A DNA stretch of 64,000 bases from positions 3,434,175 through 3,498,174 of the forward strand of contig NC_134032.1 of NCBI RefSeq assembly GCF_964204645.1, in the 5' to 3' direction. The stretch is from Tubulanus polymorphus (Eukaryota; Animalia; Nemertea). Below are positions 27,795 to 38,925 of this stretch, piece after piece (position 1 is the stretch's first letter; every line of letters begins with the position of its first letter). Below the pieces are notes generated by a model. That model was given only the letters and a program-made list of their open reading frames with translations, was not told the origin of the DNA and did not search any database. A program made the position numbers and the translations under genes.

Positions 27795-30700
27795 ATGGAA
27801 GCAAATAAATACTACTGCCCAACATGTAATATCGATATAGATAAATCTCAAAAAGCAAGACATAATAAAACTAGAACACATTTAGAGAATAAATTGAAAC
27901 TAGAATATAAAGATGATATATTAGAAACTAAATTAGAAGAATTAAAGAATGAAAAAGAAACATACAAATGTGATACATGTAATCAATCATTCAGTGATAA
28001 AAGATATTATAATGAACATTTAAAATCTATAAGTCATATTAGAAATAAGAATAATGATATTTTAGGTGAAGATTATTTTGATAATGATAAGGATAAGAAA
28101 CAGAAGACAATTAAAAGAATAAAAAATAAATTAAACAATAAAAGACCATACATGGAAGATGTAAGAAAATATATTAATTCATTAGATAATAAAAAAGATA
28201 TAGAGATAACCGAAGCATTTAAAAGTGATATTGGTCCAGCAGCTATCGAGTTTAAATTTCATAAAGGAAAAACAATAGAAGAAAATAAAAAACATTTAGA
28301 AAATATGAAAGAAATAATAAAAATAATTACAGATGTTGAATATCCTAAAATAAGTATATCTTCTAAAGTAGAGTTTATAAAATCTGAAGATAAACCAATA
28401 TATAATATAAATTCTCATTCACAACATATTATATCTAAACAACATATAGATGATAAATTAAATAAATGTTATAATGAAATAAAAACTAAAATAGAAGAGA
28501 AATATTTTGAAGGATCTGGTTTAATATTTGATGAGATAATATTTATAACTTTACATGTTTATAACACAAAATATAATAAGTTAACTAAATCAAAACCAAT
28601 TGATGAAAATAATTTATCATATTATAAAGATGATAGTATAAATGGAACAAGTTATATTAAATTACCATTTAAAACTAATGGTGTAATAAATATACAAAAT
28701 TTTGATAATAAATGTTTTATATGGGCTATAATAAGTTGTTTACATCCTGCAACTTATAATATTTGTAGATTAACTCATTATAAACAATTTGAAAATAATT
28801 ATAAGATAGATAAGTATCCTGTTAGAATTAAAAATATTCCAAAAATAGAAAGAGATAATAATCTTAAAATAAATGTATTTGATTTAATTAAATTACCAAA
28901 TACAAAAGGAAATAATATTAAACATTATACATTAGAACCTTTATATCTATCAAAAGATTATGATTCAAACGATGTTATAGATATACTATATTATGAGAAT
29001 CATTATATGTGGATTAAACAAATAGATTTATTTTTTAGAACAGAAAGTGATCACCATAATAAAATATATCTATGTAGAAAATGTTTACATAAATTTAGTA
29101 ATGAAAGTACATTATTAAATCATAAACAACTATGTGATAATCATGATTATTGTAAATTAGTTTTACCAAATGAAAAGGATAAAATATTAGAATTCAAAAA
29201 ATATGATTACAAAAATAAAGTACCATTTGTAATATATGGAGATTTTGAATCATTAAATAAAGAATTAACAGATAAAGATAGAAAAGATATATATTATAAA
29301 AGAAAGAAATTAAATTCTAATGAAAGTGATTATTCAGATGAACCACCAATAACAAATACAATTAAAAAGATTCATCAATCAGCTGCAGCTTTTGGGTTAT
29401 ATATTAAATCTGATTATCCAGAACTAATTGAAAGTGAATATTATAATTATAGAAATGAAAATGTTATCAATCATTTTTGTGACTTATTAATTGAATATGA
29501 AATAAGATTTAGTAAATTATTGAATACAAATAAAGAAATAATTATGACAGAAGAAGATAAAGAAGAATTTGAGTTTGCAGATAAATGTTATTATTGTGAA
29601 AAACTATTTAATTATAAAGATAAAAAAGTAAGAGACCATGATCATTTGAATGGTAAATTTAGAGGTGCAGCGCATGAGGCTTGCAATTTACAAGCCAAAA
29701 AAGAAAATTTTGTCCCCATTATATTTCACAATTTATCGGGGTATGACGCGCATTTATTCATTAAGCAACTGTGTCATAAAATAGAAGAAATTAATAATGA
29801 AATAGAAATATTAAATTCAAAAAGATTAAAAGATAACAAAGTATCAACTTATAAATTTAAAATACTAGCTAAAACATCTGAAAATTATATTTCATTTCAA
29901 TTTGGTTGCATTAGATTTTTAGATTCTTATAGATTTCTAGCAAGTTCATTAGATAATTTATCAAAATCATTAGTTGATGATGAATTACAAATATTAAAAC
30001 AACATTATCAAAATAATAATGATTTTAAATTAATGAGATATAAAGGTGCAATTCCATATTCTTTCTATAAAAATCATAATGATTTTAAAATAACTGAATT
30101 ATTGAAAGAACAATTCTATGATGAATTAAAAAATGAATATGTTAAAGATGAAGTATATAATAGAACATTGAATATTTGGAATCATTTCAAAATAGAAAAT
30201 CATGGACAATTAGTAGATTTATATTCAAAATCAGATGTATTATTATTAACCGATATATTCGAAAGGTTTAGAGATGTAAACCTAAAATATTTTAATATTG
30301 ATCCATGTCATTGTTATTCATCACCAGGATTAACATGGGATTGTGGTTTAAAATTTACAGATATAAAAATGGATTTGTTAACAAATATAGATCAATTACT
30401 ATTATTTGAAAAATCTATAAGAGGAGGAGTTTCAGGTGTATTAGGTGATAGATATTTCAATGTAAATGATAACCCTGGATATAAGTTATTATATATAGAT
30501 GCAAATAATTTGTATGGTTGGGCAATGATGGAACCACAACCTTATGGGATGTTTGAATTAACTGAAGTTTTACAAATTGATAAATTTGATTGGAAGAAAA
30601 GAATTCTAGATATTGCAGATGATTCAGATACTGGTTACTTCTTCGTTGTAGATTTAGAATACCCTGAAAATATTAAATTCAAATCTAGAAATCTAGCATA

Positions 30701-31823
30701 TTGTCCCGAACATAAAACTGTTAAACATGAAGAATTATCAAATTATCAAAAAAGAATTAAACCTGATAATCATATTCATACTGAAAAGTTAATGGTAACT
30801 CAAGAAGATAAATATAATTATGTAGTACATTATAGAATGTTGAATATTTATTTGAATCAAGGAATGATATTAAAAAAAGTACATAGATATATTTCATTTA
30901 ATCAATCTAAGTGGTTAGAAAAATATATAGATTTTAATACTACACAGAGAACTAAATCTAAAACTGATTTTGAGAAGGATTTTTTTAAATTGATGAATAA
31001 TGCATTTTATGGAAAAACATGTGAAAATATTAGAAATAGAAATGATATTGAGTTAGTTAGTAATGGTAAAAGGATAAGACATTTGCAATCATATCCGAAA
31101 TTTATAGGCAACAGAATATTCGATGAAAATTTAGCTGCAGTTAAAATGAAGAGAACTTCTATGAAGTTCAATAAACCAATCTATGTTGGAGCTGCAATTT
31201 TAGAATTATCAAAGTTATTAATGTATCAATTTTACTATAACATATTACAACCTCATTTTGGGGAAAAGCATATTGAAATATTATATTTTGATACTGACAG
31301 TTATATACTAAAAATCAAGACAAATGATATAACAAAAGACTTAAAAATATTAAAACACCATTTTGATTTTAGTAACTATCCTAAAAATCATGAATTGTTT
31401 AGCAATGATAATAAAAAAGTTCCCGGTAAATTCAAAGATGAATTAGGTGGTGAAGAAATGATAGAGTTCATTGGTATTAGATCTAAAATGTATAGTTATA
31501 AAACTAAAGAACATGAAGCTAAAAAGTTAAAAGGAATAACCAAAAGTGTAGTAGAAAAGAATATTCATTTCAAAGATTACATCAATTGTATATTTAATGA
31601 AGAAGTTAGAAAACATAAAATGAAATGTTTAAGATCTGAAGATCATGAAATGTATATTGAAGAGATAGAGAAGATAAGTCTAAACCCATTTGATGATAAA
31701 AGATATATTTTAGATGATGGAATTCACACAATCGCGTATGGTTGCAATTTAGATGAATATATAAAATTCAAAAGAGAAGAAACAAAAGAAAATGAGATTA
31801 TGAAAAGGATTCTAGCGTGTTAA
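27795..31823 (+). CDS. polB: Protein-primed-type family B DNA polymerase with N-terminal Zn fingers, OTU-like domain and endonuclease VII-like insert
   Basis: 1342 aa intact; DNKCF...ENHY, YGDFES, CYYC...RDHDHLNGKFRGAAHEACN, FHNLSGYD, YIDANNLYG, KLMNNAFYGK, YFDTDS. Confidence 0.95.
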   Translation: MEANKYYCPTCNIDIDKSQKARHNKTRTHLENKLKLEYKDDILETKLEELKNEKETYKCDTCNQSFSDKRYYNEHLKSISHIRNKNNDILGEDYFDNDKDKKQKTIKRIKNKLNNKRPYMEDVRKYINSLDNKKDIEITEAFKSDIGPAAIEFKFHKGKTIEENKKHLENMKEIIKIITDVEYPKISISSKVEFIKSEDKPIYNINSHSQHIISKQHIDDKLNKCYNEIKTKIEEKYFEGSGLIFDEIIFITLHVYNTKYNKLTKSKPIDENNLSYYKDDSINGTSYIKLPFKTNGVINIQNFDNKCFIWAIISCLHPATYNICRLTHYKQFENNYKIDKYPVRIKNIPKIERDNNLKINVFDLIKLPNTKGNNIKHYTLEPLYLSKDYDSNDVIDILYYENHYMWIKQIDLFFRTESDHHNKIYLCRKCLHKFSNESTLLNHKQLCDNHDYCKLVLPNEKDKILEFKKYDYKNKVPFVIYGDFESLNKELTDKDRKDIYYKRKKLNSNESDYSDEPPITNTIKKIHQSAAAFGLYIKSDYPELIESEYYNYRNENVINHFCDLLIEYEIRFSKLLNTNKEIIMTEEDKEEFEFADKCYYCEKLFNYKDKKVRDHDHLNGKFRGAAHEACNLQAKKENFVPIIFHNLSGYDAHLFIKQLCHKIEEINNEIEILNSKRLKDNKVSTYKFKILAKTSENYISFQFGCIRFLDSYRFLASSLDNLSKSLVDDELQILKQHYQNNNDFKLMRYKGAIPYSFYKNHNDFKITELLKEQFYDELKNEYVKDEVYNRTLNIWNHFKIENHGQLVDLYSKSDVLLLTDIFERFRDVNLKYFNIDPCHCYSSPGLTWDCGLKFTDIKMDLLTNIDQLLLFEKSIRGGVSGVLGDRYFNVNDNPGYKLLYIDANNLYGWAMMEPQPYGMFELTEVLQIDKFDWKKRILDIADDSDTGYFFVVDLEYPENIKFKSRNLAYCPEHKTVKHEELSNYQKRIKPDNHIHTEKLMVTQEDKYNYVVHYRMLNIYLNQGMILKKVHRYISFNQSKWLEKYIDFNTTQRTKSKTDFEKDFFKLMNNAFYGKTCENIRNRNDIELVSNGKRIRHLQSYPKFIGNRIFDENLAAVKMKRTSMKFNKPIYVGAAILELSKLLMYQFYYNILQPHFGEKHIEILYFDTDSYILKIKTNDITKDLKILKHHFDFSNYPKNHELFSNDNKKVPGKFKDELGGEEMIEFIGIRSKMYSYKTKEHEAKKLKGITKSVVEKNIHFKDYINCIFNEEVRKHKMKCLRSEDHEMYIEEIEKISLNPFDDKRYILDDGIHTIAYGCNLDEYIKFKREETKENEIMKRILAC

Positions 31824-31851
31824 TCAATTTCAATAAAAATTTGTATAATAA

Positions 31852-32193
31852 ATGGAGAGTAAACAAGTACACAATGAATTCTTAGATAGAATTAAAGATA
31901 CTTCAAACGTCAAATCTGTAGATTATAAATTTAAAAAACTAACTGAGTTAACAATTCACAAGAAATATTTAATTACTAACATTGAAACAATTACTAATAA
32001 ATATGGAGATAAATTAGTAATTCATTTAGAATATGAAGGATTAAAAGGAAATAAATATAAATTCAGAACTTATTTACCAGATAGATTTCATAGATTATCA
32101 AGTGAAGATTTAGAAGAATTATGTTCTGGAGATTTCTATTTCGTATACAAAGGTAAGAATGAAAAAGGGCACCATGAAATAGATTTCGAATAA
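31852..32193 (+). CDS. Small OB-fold-like (putative ssDNA-binding) protein
   Basis: 113 aa, KKLTEL...KKYLI...TNKYG...YLPDRF...FVYKG pattern seen in Polinton-associated small proteins; function inferred. Confidence 0.6.
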   Translation: MESKQVHNEFLDRIKDTSNVKSVDYKFKKLTELTIHKKYLITNIETITNKYGDKLVIHLEYEGLKGNKYKFRTYLPDRFHRLSSEDLEELCSGDFYFVYKGKNEKGHHEIDFE

Positions 32194-32210
32194 GAAAATA
32201 TGTAAAATAA

Positions 32211-32966
32211 ATGGTGGAATTAAAAGAATACAGAATATATGTTGATTCTAGAAAACTTACAAATTATAAATCACATAATTTACTAGTACAATTAGGCAGA
32301 GAATTCAAGAATTGTGTAGATTTAAAATTAGTTAATATAAGTTTATGTAATTCTTTTTACAATGTATCGGATAAAACTTTTGAACATAGAGGGTTTATGA
32401 TTTATATGAGAAATAAAGATAAATGGTTTCATATATTTTTAAAACCAGGATTATATAATTTAGAATCATTAGCACAGGAAATTAATAGAAGAGCTCGGTT
32501 GAAAATCGGGGGCAATTCTGTATTTGAAATTAGATTTAATAAAATTGATAGTACTAATAAAATAAGAATAAAGATATCTAATGAACAACATAAATTAATG
32601 GTAAACAAACCACTGGCTAAAATGTTAGGAATTAAACCGCTTACAGTTACTGGAAACGCAGAAGGCAGCTCAAATATAATACCTTTTACGCACTTTTATA
32701 TTTATTGCAATTTAATCGAGCCCACAAAAACTTTCGAAGCAACTAAAGAAACAATTTGTAGTTCTAGTATACTAAATATTTTACCGCTAAAAAATGTTAA
32801 ACAATTTGGAACTCAAATAAATTATAATTTAACAGAATGTGATTTTAAACCTTGCATTCCTAAATTTAATAATTTTAAATTAGAAATAAGAAATCATAAT
32901 GGATACTTAATTGATTTAAATAACTTTCCTGTGATATATGAATTAGTTATAAGATGTAGAGAGTAA
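32211..32966 (+). CDS. Minor capsid protein (penton, single jelly-roll)
   Basis: 251 aa; IYVDSR N-terminus, PGLYN, IYCNLI, SILNILP, IDLNNFPVIYELVI C-terminus typical of Polinton/virophage mCP. Confidence 0.8.
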   Translation: MVELKEYRIYVDSRKLTNYKSHNLLVQLGREFKNCVDLKLVNISLCNSFYNVSDKTFEHRGFMIYMRNKDKWFHIFLKPGLYNLESLAQEINRRARLKIGGNSVFEIRFNKIDSTNKIRIKISNEQHKLMVNKPLAKMLGIKPLTVTGNAEGSSNIIPFTHFYIYCNLIEPTKTFEATKETICSSSILNILPLKNVKQFGTQINYNLTECDFKPCIPKFNNFKLEIRNHNGYLIDLNNFPVIYELVIRCRE

Positions 32967-32982
32967 TTTTATTGATATATAA

Positions 32983-33336
32983 ATGAATATAACTGTTGGA
33001 CCGAGTATATGTTTTGGATTTGATTTTAAACGTGAGAAAGAAATGAAATTTAATATTAATGATGTAATAACACATATCAAAAATATTGCATTTTCTAATG
33101 AAACAACATTTGAGTATGAAACAACAATAGATAAAGAAACTTTAAATGTAGAAAAGATTACTAATTTAATTAGAGAATCTTTAAGATTTTATGAAGTAGA
33201 TGAAGATTTTATAATCGATGATATTAAAAAAATAATTGAAATATATACAAATGAAACTAGTAATGAAATAAATGTTGAATTAATCATAAATAAGATAACT
33301 AAATATTTTGATGATAGTAATTTTTTTGATAAATAA
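32983..33336 (+). CDS. Hypothetical viral protein (117 aa)
   Basis: Intact ORF, conserved upstream motif, homologue in A. Confidence 0.75.
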   Translation: MNITVGPSICFGFDFKREKEMKFNINDVITHIKNIAFSNETTFEYETTIDKETLNVEKITNLIRESLRFYEVDEDFIIDDIKKIIEIYTNETSNEINVELIINKITKYFDDSNFFDK

Positions 33337-33558
33337 ATGAGTGATAATAAGTGGATAATAACTGGATTATATAATGGCGCATTACTATCAGTTGGAACTG
33401 TTGGTTATTCAATGGTATTAAAAAAAGTATTCAAAATGGGAAGTGTTAATGTTGATAGATTTGATATAAATGATATTTTGAAATTAACATTAGCAGTTAC
33501 TTTATCTAATTTAACTATTGATTATTTGGAAAAACAAAAATATATTCCTCCCATATAA
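33337..33558 (+). CDS. 73-aa putative membrane protein, element B
   Basis: Same protein as 21462-21683 with synonymous differences. Confidence 0.85.
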   Translation: MSDNKWIITGLYNGALLSVGTVGYSMVLKKVFKMGSVNVDRFDINDILKLTLAVTLSNLTIDYLEKQKYIPPI

Positions 33559-33582
33559 ATGCATAATTTTTTTGTTAAATAA

Positions 33583-34005
33583 ATGACATCTGCAATTATA
33601 ACTATTATAGGATCAGCAATTGTTAACGCTTTAGCATTTACTGGTGGTGGATATTTATTTAAACATATTGATAAAAATAGTTCATTAGGAGAACAAAGAA
33701 GACATAACTTAGCGTTAGAGAAATATAATAAAGCTGCAGAAGAATATAGAGAAAAGAGACAAAACTATATGGATTACATCAATAAAGAATTATATGATCA
33801 GAAGATTTCACATAGAGATTTTCAATCAGTTGATGATGCAATGAGTTTATATAACGCAGTAACCAATAAAGAAAAATTACATCTATACAAACCTAAATTA
33901 TCAGATTATTATACCCCGAGTAAAGAACAACAGAAATATGAAATAATTTGGATTTTAGGTGGAACAGTTATTGTTATATTTGTTGCTTATAAGTTCACTA
34001 ATTAG
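33583..34005 (+). CDS. 140-aa putative membrane protein, element B
   Basis: One residue different from A copy; two hydrophobic segments. Confidence 0.85.
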   Translation: MTSAIITIIGSAIVNALAFTGGGYLFKHIDKNSSLGEQRRHNLALEKYNKAAEEYREKRQNYMDYINKELYDQKISHRDFQSVDDAMSLYNAVTNKEKLHLYKPKLSDYYTPSKEQQKYEIIWILGGTVIVIFVAYKFTN

Positions 34006-34024
34006 TAATTTTTATTCTAAATAA

Positions 34025-34459
34025 ATGGAAGATAAAGTTGATAATATTGATATTATTCCTCATGATATAAATAAAACTAAATTAAAAACATATTTAGAAA
34101 AACAAATATTAGAATTTGAAAGTGACTTAAAGATAAAAAAGAAAAAATATTCAAAAAGTAAAATTATATATTATTTGATTATAAGTGGTTCGGTTACAAT
34201 TAGTTCTGTAATAACATTTCTAGCAATATTCAGTCCATTAACACCTTTAGCTATATCAATTGGTGTATTAGGATTAAGTTCAAGTGTTTTAACTGGTATA
34301 AGTTCAAAATTAAATATAAAAAGTAATAAAGAAAAAATTAAAACTAATATAAAAGAAATTAATAAATTAAAGAACACACTAGATTATATAATAAGTTTAA
34401 ATGGTTATATAACAGTTGAAGAACAAGATAAATTATTAAAAGAATTAATAAATTATTAA
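34025..34459 (+). CDS. 144-aa two-TM coiled-coil protein, element B
   Basis: IIYYLIISGSVTISSVITFLAIF and LAISIGVLGLSSSVLTGI flanked by charged helices. Confidence 0.85.
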   Translation: MEDKVDNIDIIPHDINKTKLKTYLEKQILEFESDLKIKKKKYSKSKIIYYLIISGSVTISSVITFLAIFSPLTPLAISIGVLGLSSSVLTGISSKLNIKSNKEKIKTNIKEINKLKNTLDYIISLNGYITVEEQDKLLKELINY

Positions 34460-34476
34460 TTTTTTTAGTTATATAA

Positions 34477-35784
34477 ATGGTAGATAGTTTTCCAAAAGCT
34501 TTCCAATACAATAAATCAATTAAATATAATATTCCAGCAATAGATTTTAATAAAGATATTACATATAGAAATGAAGTTTTAGATTCATTAACTAATTTAG
34601 AAATTTATGTTAATGAATCACAGTTTTTTATTTCTAAAATGGAAAATATATTTAATACACATGAAGTTACTTTTACTCGAGATGAATATCATATATATAA
34701 AGTAAAATCTAATATGAAGTATTGGCAGAATCAATTAAATTTTGCTGTTTATTGTGCAACAACAGGATGTGGAATAAGTTGGAATGATCATTTAAATAAC
34801 TTAGATAAAAATTTGAAGTATTCTGATTTAAAATTAATTCACACAATATTTAGATTTCACACATATTTTCAAATCAGAATAATATTAAATGAATTAGAAT
34901 GTCCTTTACCCGGGTCTAAATATTTTAAAGAATTGGATAATAATATTAATATATCCAAGTTTTATAAAATATGTAATGAATTTAATATAAATATTAATTC
35001 CGATTTTAGAGCGCATGGTAAATTGCAAGGTGTTGGTGAAGAGTATGAAATAAAAAGAATTGATTATATGCATAGAATTTCAGCTTATCATAATTATAAA
35101 ATTGATAATAATAATGGTTGGGTTTATTTCATTTTAGAAAATGGTGAAGGTTTTACAAAATCAGGTATACAAAGAATAAATCAATCTATTAGAATTTATT
35201 TGATATGTATTTTAGGCGCTCAAGTTGAAACAAGATCCCCAATAATTGGAAATGATAACACTTCATTCGATGCGCAGAAACAGTTTAAAGTTTTATTTGA
35301 AGATTCCATACATAATGATAAAAATAGATCGATTCCAGAAAACATTGTAAGATATCAAAATTATTTAGATAAATCTCATGTAAGACTTAATTATTGTATA
35401 GGCCCTAATCTATTAATTATTTCTAATGATTTAGTATTAAAGATGGGAAACATAATTGGTTATAATAATCTAATTAAAACTGCAACAATAAATAATTCAT
35501 TTGGATTAAATGATATAAATAAAAAGATTATTACTGCTCCAAAATTAATGGAAGGTGAAAAAAATAAAAAACATATTCAATCAACTGAAACTAAAACTAA
35601 GAATATTAAATTGGATAATGATTCCAAAATAAAAGATTATAATACATCAGAAGATATAAAAACTGATAATATTCAACATGATATAATTAAACTAAATGAT
35701 AATAATAAATCCCATGAAAATACTAAATTAGCTTTAACTTGTATAGGAATTGTAATCGGAGGAATATTATATTTTAAATTTTAA
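34477..35784 (+). CDS. 435-aa conserved viral protein with C-terminal TM anchor
   Basis: YWQNQLNFAVYCATTGCGISW motif; C-terminal LALTCIGIVIGGILYF. Confidence 0.85.
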   Translation: MVDSFPKAFQYNKSIKYNIPAIDFNKDITYRNEVLDSLTNLEIYVNESQFFISKMENIFNTHEVTFTRDEYHIYKVKSNMKYWQNQLNFAVYCATTGCGISWNDHLNNLDKNLKYSDLKLIHTIFRFHTYFQIRIILNELECPLPGSKYFKELDNNINISKFYKICNEFNININSDFRAHGKLQGVGEEYEIKRIDYMHRISAYHNYKIDNNNGWVYFILENGEGFTKSGIQRINQSIRIYLICILGAQVETRSPIIGNDNTSFDAQKQFKVLFEDSIHNDKNRSIPENIVRYQNYLDKSHVRLNYCIGPNLLIISNDLVLKMGNIIGYNNLIKTATINNSFGLNDINKKIITAPKLMEGEKNKKHIQSTETKTKNIKLDNDSKIKDYNTSEDIKTDNIQHDIIKLNDNNKSHENTKLALTCIGIVIGGILYFKF

Positions 35785-35800
35785 TTTTTTTATTATGTTA

Positions 35801-36817
35801 ATGGATGTAGAAGGTGGAGAAGATTATGAAATGGGAGAAATGGGAAATAATAATGAGGGATATATTGATGATGAACCACAACCCGATTTTAATGAAACTA
35901 ATATTGATAATGATGATGAATCAGCATATAATTCTAATTTAGCAGATAGTGGTTATAAAGCCCCATCAACAGATGAATTTGATAGAAGAACTAGATCGAG
36001 AATAAATCCTGAAAATGAAAATCAAGGTTTAAAAAAGGAAGATTTAGAAAATATTGGATTTATATATAAGTTTCAAGATGTATTTGAAAGATCTGGATAT
36101 AATATAAATTACAGAGGCGCCAGACTTTTAGTACAAGATTTAAAGTTTTTAGATGGTGAATATTATTATCATTTGAAAGATGATTACTATATTAATATCA
36201 CTAATCAAAGTACAAAACTAAGTAAAATATTAGCAGAATCAACTTTGCTTAAGTTAGAACCAGATAGAATTAAGAGAATAAGTAATAGTAATGAAATAAC
36301 TGATGTTACACAAGAAGAAAGAAATAATAATATAAGAGTATTTAGTGAAAGAATTGATAACTTATTTAAAATAATCGATAATAATTTAGAAACGGAAATG
36401 GAAGAGAATAGAGATAGATTAAGATCTTCAACACCTGAAACATCGAGAAGAGACACTCAACAAATTGATAATGATTCAAGTCAATTACAATTAGTATTAG
36501 AAAAACAAATTGATAGATTAAGAGATTCATTTGACGAAGAGATGAATAGTATTGGAATAAATCGAATACAATCTTTACTAGAAAAAGGATTACTTGATTT
36601 AACTGATGATGAATTAGAAGCATTTCCTGAACAAACACGTAGAGAAATTAAAGGTATGCAAGAATCAGCTGATAAAATTGCGCATGAAAAAAGTAAAAGA
36701 GATATTAAAATTAACATTTTAGAAAAAGAATTAACTGATAAAAATAAAGAAATAGAAAAATTAAAGTCTGATTTAGACCATCAAGTAATTGATGAAATAG
36801 AATATAGGATAAGATAA
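35801..36817 (+). pseudogene. Coiled-coil membrane protein, element B, 3'-truncated by deletion
   Basis: Homology with A ends at IDEIEYR (~36808) and jumps into the Zn-finger gene repeats. Confidence 0.85.
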
Positions 36818-37676
36818 TATTGAAACAAAAATAGAAGATAATATTGAAACAAAAATAGAAGATAATGTTATACCTTCTACATCGAATGATGATAAGATTG
36901 AAACAAAAATAGAACATAATATTGAACCTAAAATAGAAAAATCAAATGTTCAACCAAAAGATAACATTAGATGTATGTATTGTGAAGAAGATTTTGATAA
37001 TTACAATGATTATTTATTACACATCAAAAAAGATGAACATATTTTACAATTAGTAAAAACATATGCCAATATATATAAAGATAAATGTAAAGAGGATCAG
37101 AATTATTGTGCCTTCTGTAATGATTGTATAACAAAGGCTAATTGGGCAAAACATTATAAATTAAAAACAAAAAGTGGAAATGATTCAGCCCATGCAATAC
37201 AAGTATTTAAATCTTGGTGTGAAAAATGTAAAGAATATGTAATATATGATAAACAATTGAATCATAAATACTCAATTAAACATATTGGTACAGATAATGT
37301 AATAGAAAATCCAAAAGTTATAAATCCAAAATTTAATAATAAGAATATATTAGATTATCGGTGGTATAGAAAAACATTTATAGATTATTTATTGAGTAAT
37401 GATATAGTTACCATATTGAAAAAGTTAGATAACTTTAAACCAAATGTAACTTATGCAATGAACTTATTTGAACTTAAATATGATGATTTTAGAGAATTGT
37501 TAAATAAACATCCATCTAAAACTGAAATCGAAAATTATATTCCAAAAATATTTTCAAGAAAAACATTCAGGAATTATAAACTTGGGAATTATTTAGGACC
37601 TATACCAATAAAAATACAAAGGGATATATATTTAGAATACAATAAGCTTAAAGAAAAATATGAAAATGAAAATTAA
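36810..37676 (+). pseudogene. Zinc-finger protein, element B, 5'-truncated
   Basis: Contains the uninterrupted equivalent (CATATTGGTACAGATAATGTAATAG) of the site where B sits in A. Confidence 0.85.
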
Positions 37677-37680
37677 AAAG

Positions 37681-38294
37681 ATTATAGAATTCACTGTATA
37701 TTGATGGATGAATGGATGAGTTGGAAGAGTTGGATGAGTTGGATGAGTGGAAGAGTGGATGAGTATAATAATATATATATTTTACTTTTTAACACATAAA
37801 TTGGAAGAATAGTGAGTATAAATATAATATTTTTATTCTTTATTGAATTTAACACAAATTAAATTTAACACAATATATATTTATTATTATATGATATTTA
37901 TTATTTATTATTATATGACATTTATTATTTATCATTTTATTATTTATTATTTTATAAAAATATATTTATTATTATATGAAATTTATTATCTGTCATTTTA
38001 TTATTTTATAAAAATATATTTATTATTTATCATTTTATTATTTATCATTTTATTATTTATTATTTTATAAAAATATATTTATTATTATATGACATTTATT
38101 ATCTGTCATTTTATTATTTTATAAAAATATATTGATTATTATATGACATCTTCAAATCAAACTCTTACTGTTTTAAAAATAAAAAACATATGTAAATTAT
38201 ATATTATTACACTCTTCCATTCATCCACTCTTCCAATTCATCCAATTCATCCAATTCATCCACTCATCCATCAATATACAGTGAATTCTATAAT
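37681..38294. repeat. Central fold-back between convergent gene blocks, element B
   Basis: Inverted arms ATTATAGAATTCACTGTATATTGATGG(ATGAGTTGG)n ... (CCAATTCAT)nCCATCAATATACAGTGAATTCTATAAT around an AT-rich low-complexity spacer. Confidence 0.9.
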
Positions 38295-38310
38295 ATTTTG
38301 AATTAGGATT

Positions 38311-38925
38311 TTATTTTATAAATTTATATTCATATGGAAATTGTAATCTCATTAATAATTTTGAACCTTTATTATTTTTTAATTTATTCATATATTCATC
38401 ATGTAATTCAGTAGGTATAATTTGATTTTCTTCCAATGATTGTTGCATAGATTTTCTATCTTTGTTGTAGAATAAAACTAGAAATCTTATATTCTCTCTA
38501 AAATCTTTCACAATTGAATTATATTTCTGATTTAAAACCCATGTTGTTATCCCAAAATGTCTACCAGAGAAAGCTAAATAACATAACTCACTTTCTCTAA
38601 TTTTAGAATCATGTAAATTTGCGCAATCATCGATAATAAATAATGTATTAGATCCTTTATAAATATCTAATGTAATTTTTATACAATTATCTAAATTATC
38701 TTTCACTGTTTTAGAATTTAATATAATAAACTTTTTATCTTTAAAAACTATATCTCTATTATACGTTTCATTCATTTCATAAGTAGGACAGAATAATATT
38801 ATATTATCAAAATGATTCTTATAAATAGTTTCTAATAAATCTAATATGAAGTGTGTTTTACCGCAGTTTGTAACTCCAGTTATTAACATATTATGTGGTT
38901 CAAATATAAATAAATCTTTATTCAT
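38311..38925 (-). CDS. A32/FtsK-like genome-packaging ATPase, element B
   Basis: Walker A GVTNCGKT, Walker B LFIIDD, GRHFGITTWVLNQ. Confidence 0.92.
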   Translation of the reverse strand: MNKDLFIFEPHNMLITGVTNCGKTHFILDLLETIYKNHFDNIILFCPTYEMNETYNRDIVFKDKKFIILNSKTVKDNLDNCIKITLDIYKGSNTLFIIDDCANLHDSKIRESELCYLAFSGRHFGITTWVLNQKYNSIVKDFRENIRFLVLFYNKDRKSMQQSLEENQIIPTELHDEYMNKLKNNKGSKLLMRLQFPYEYKFIK

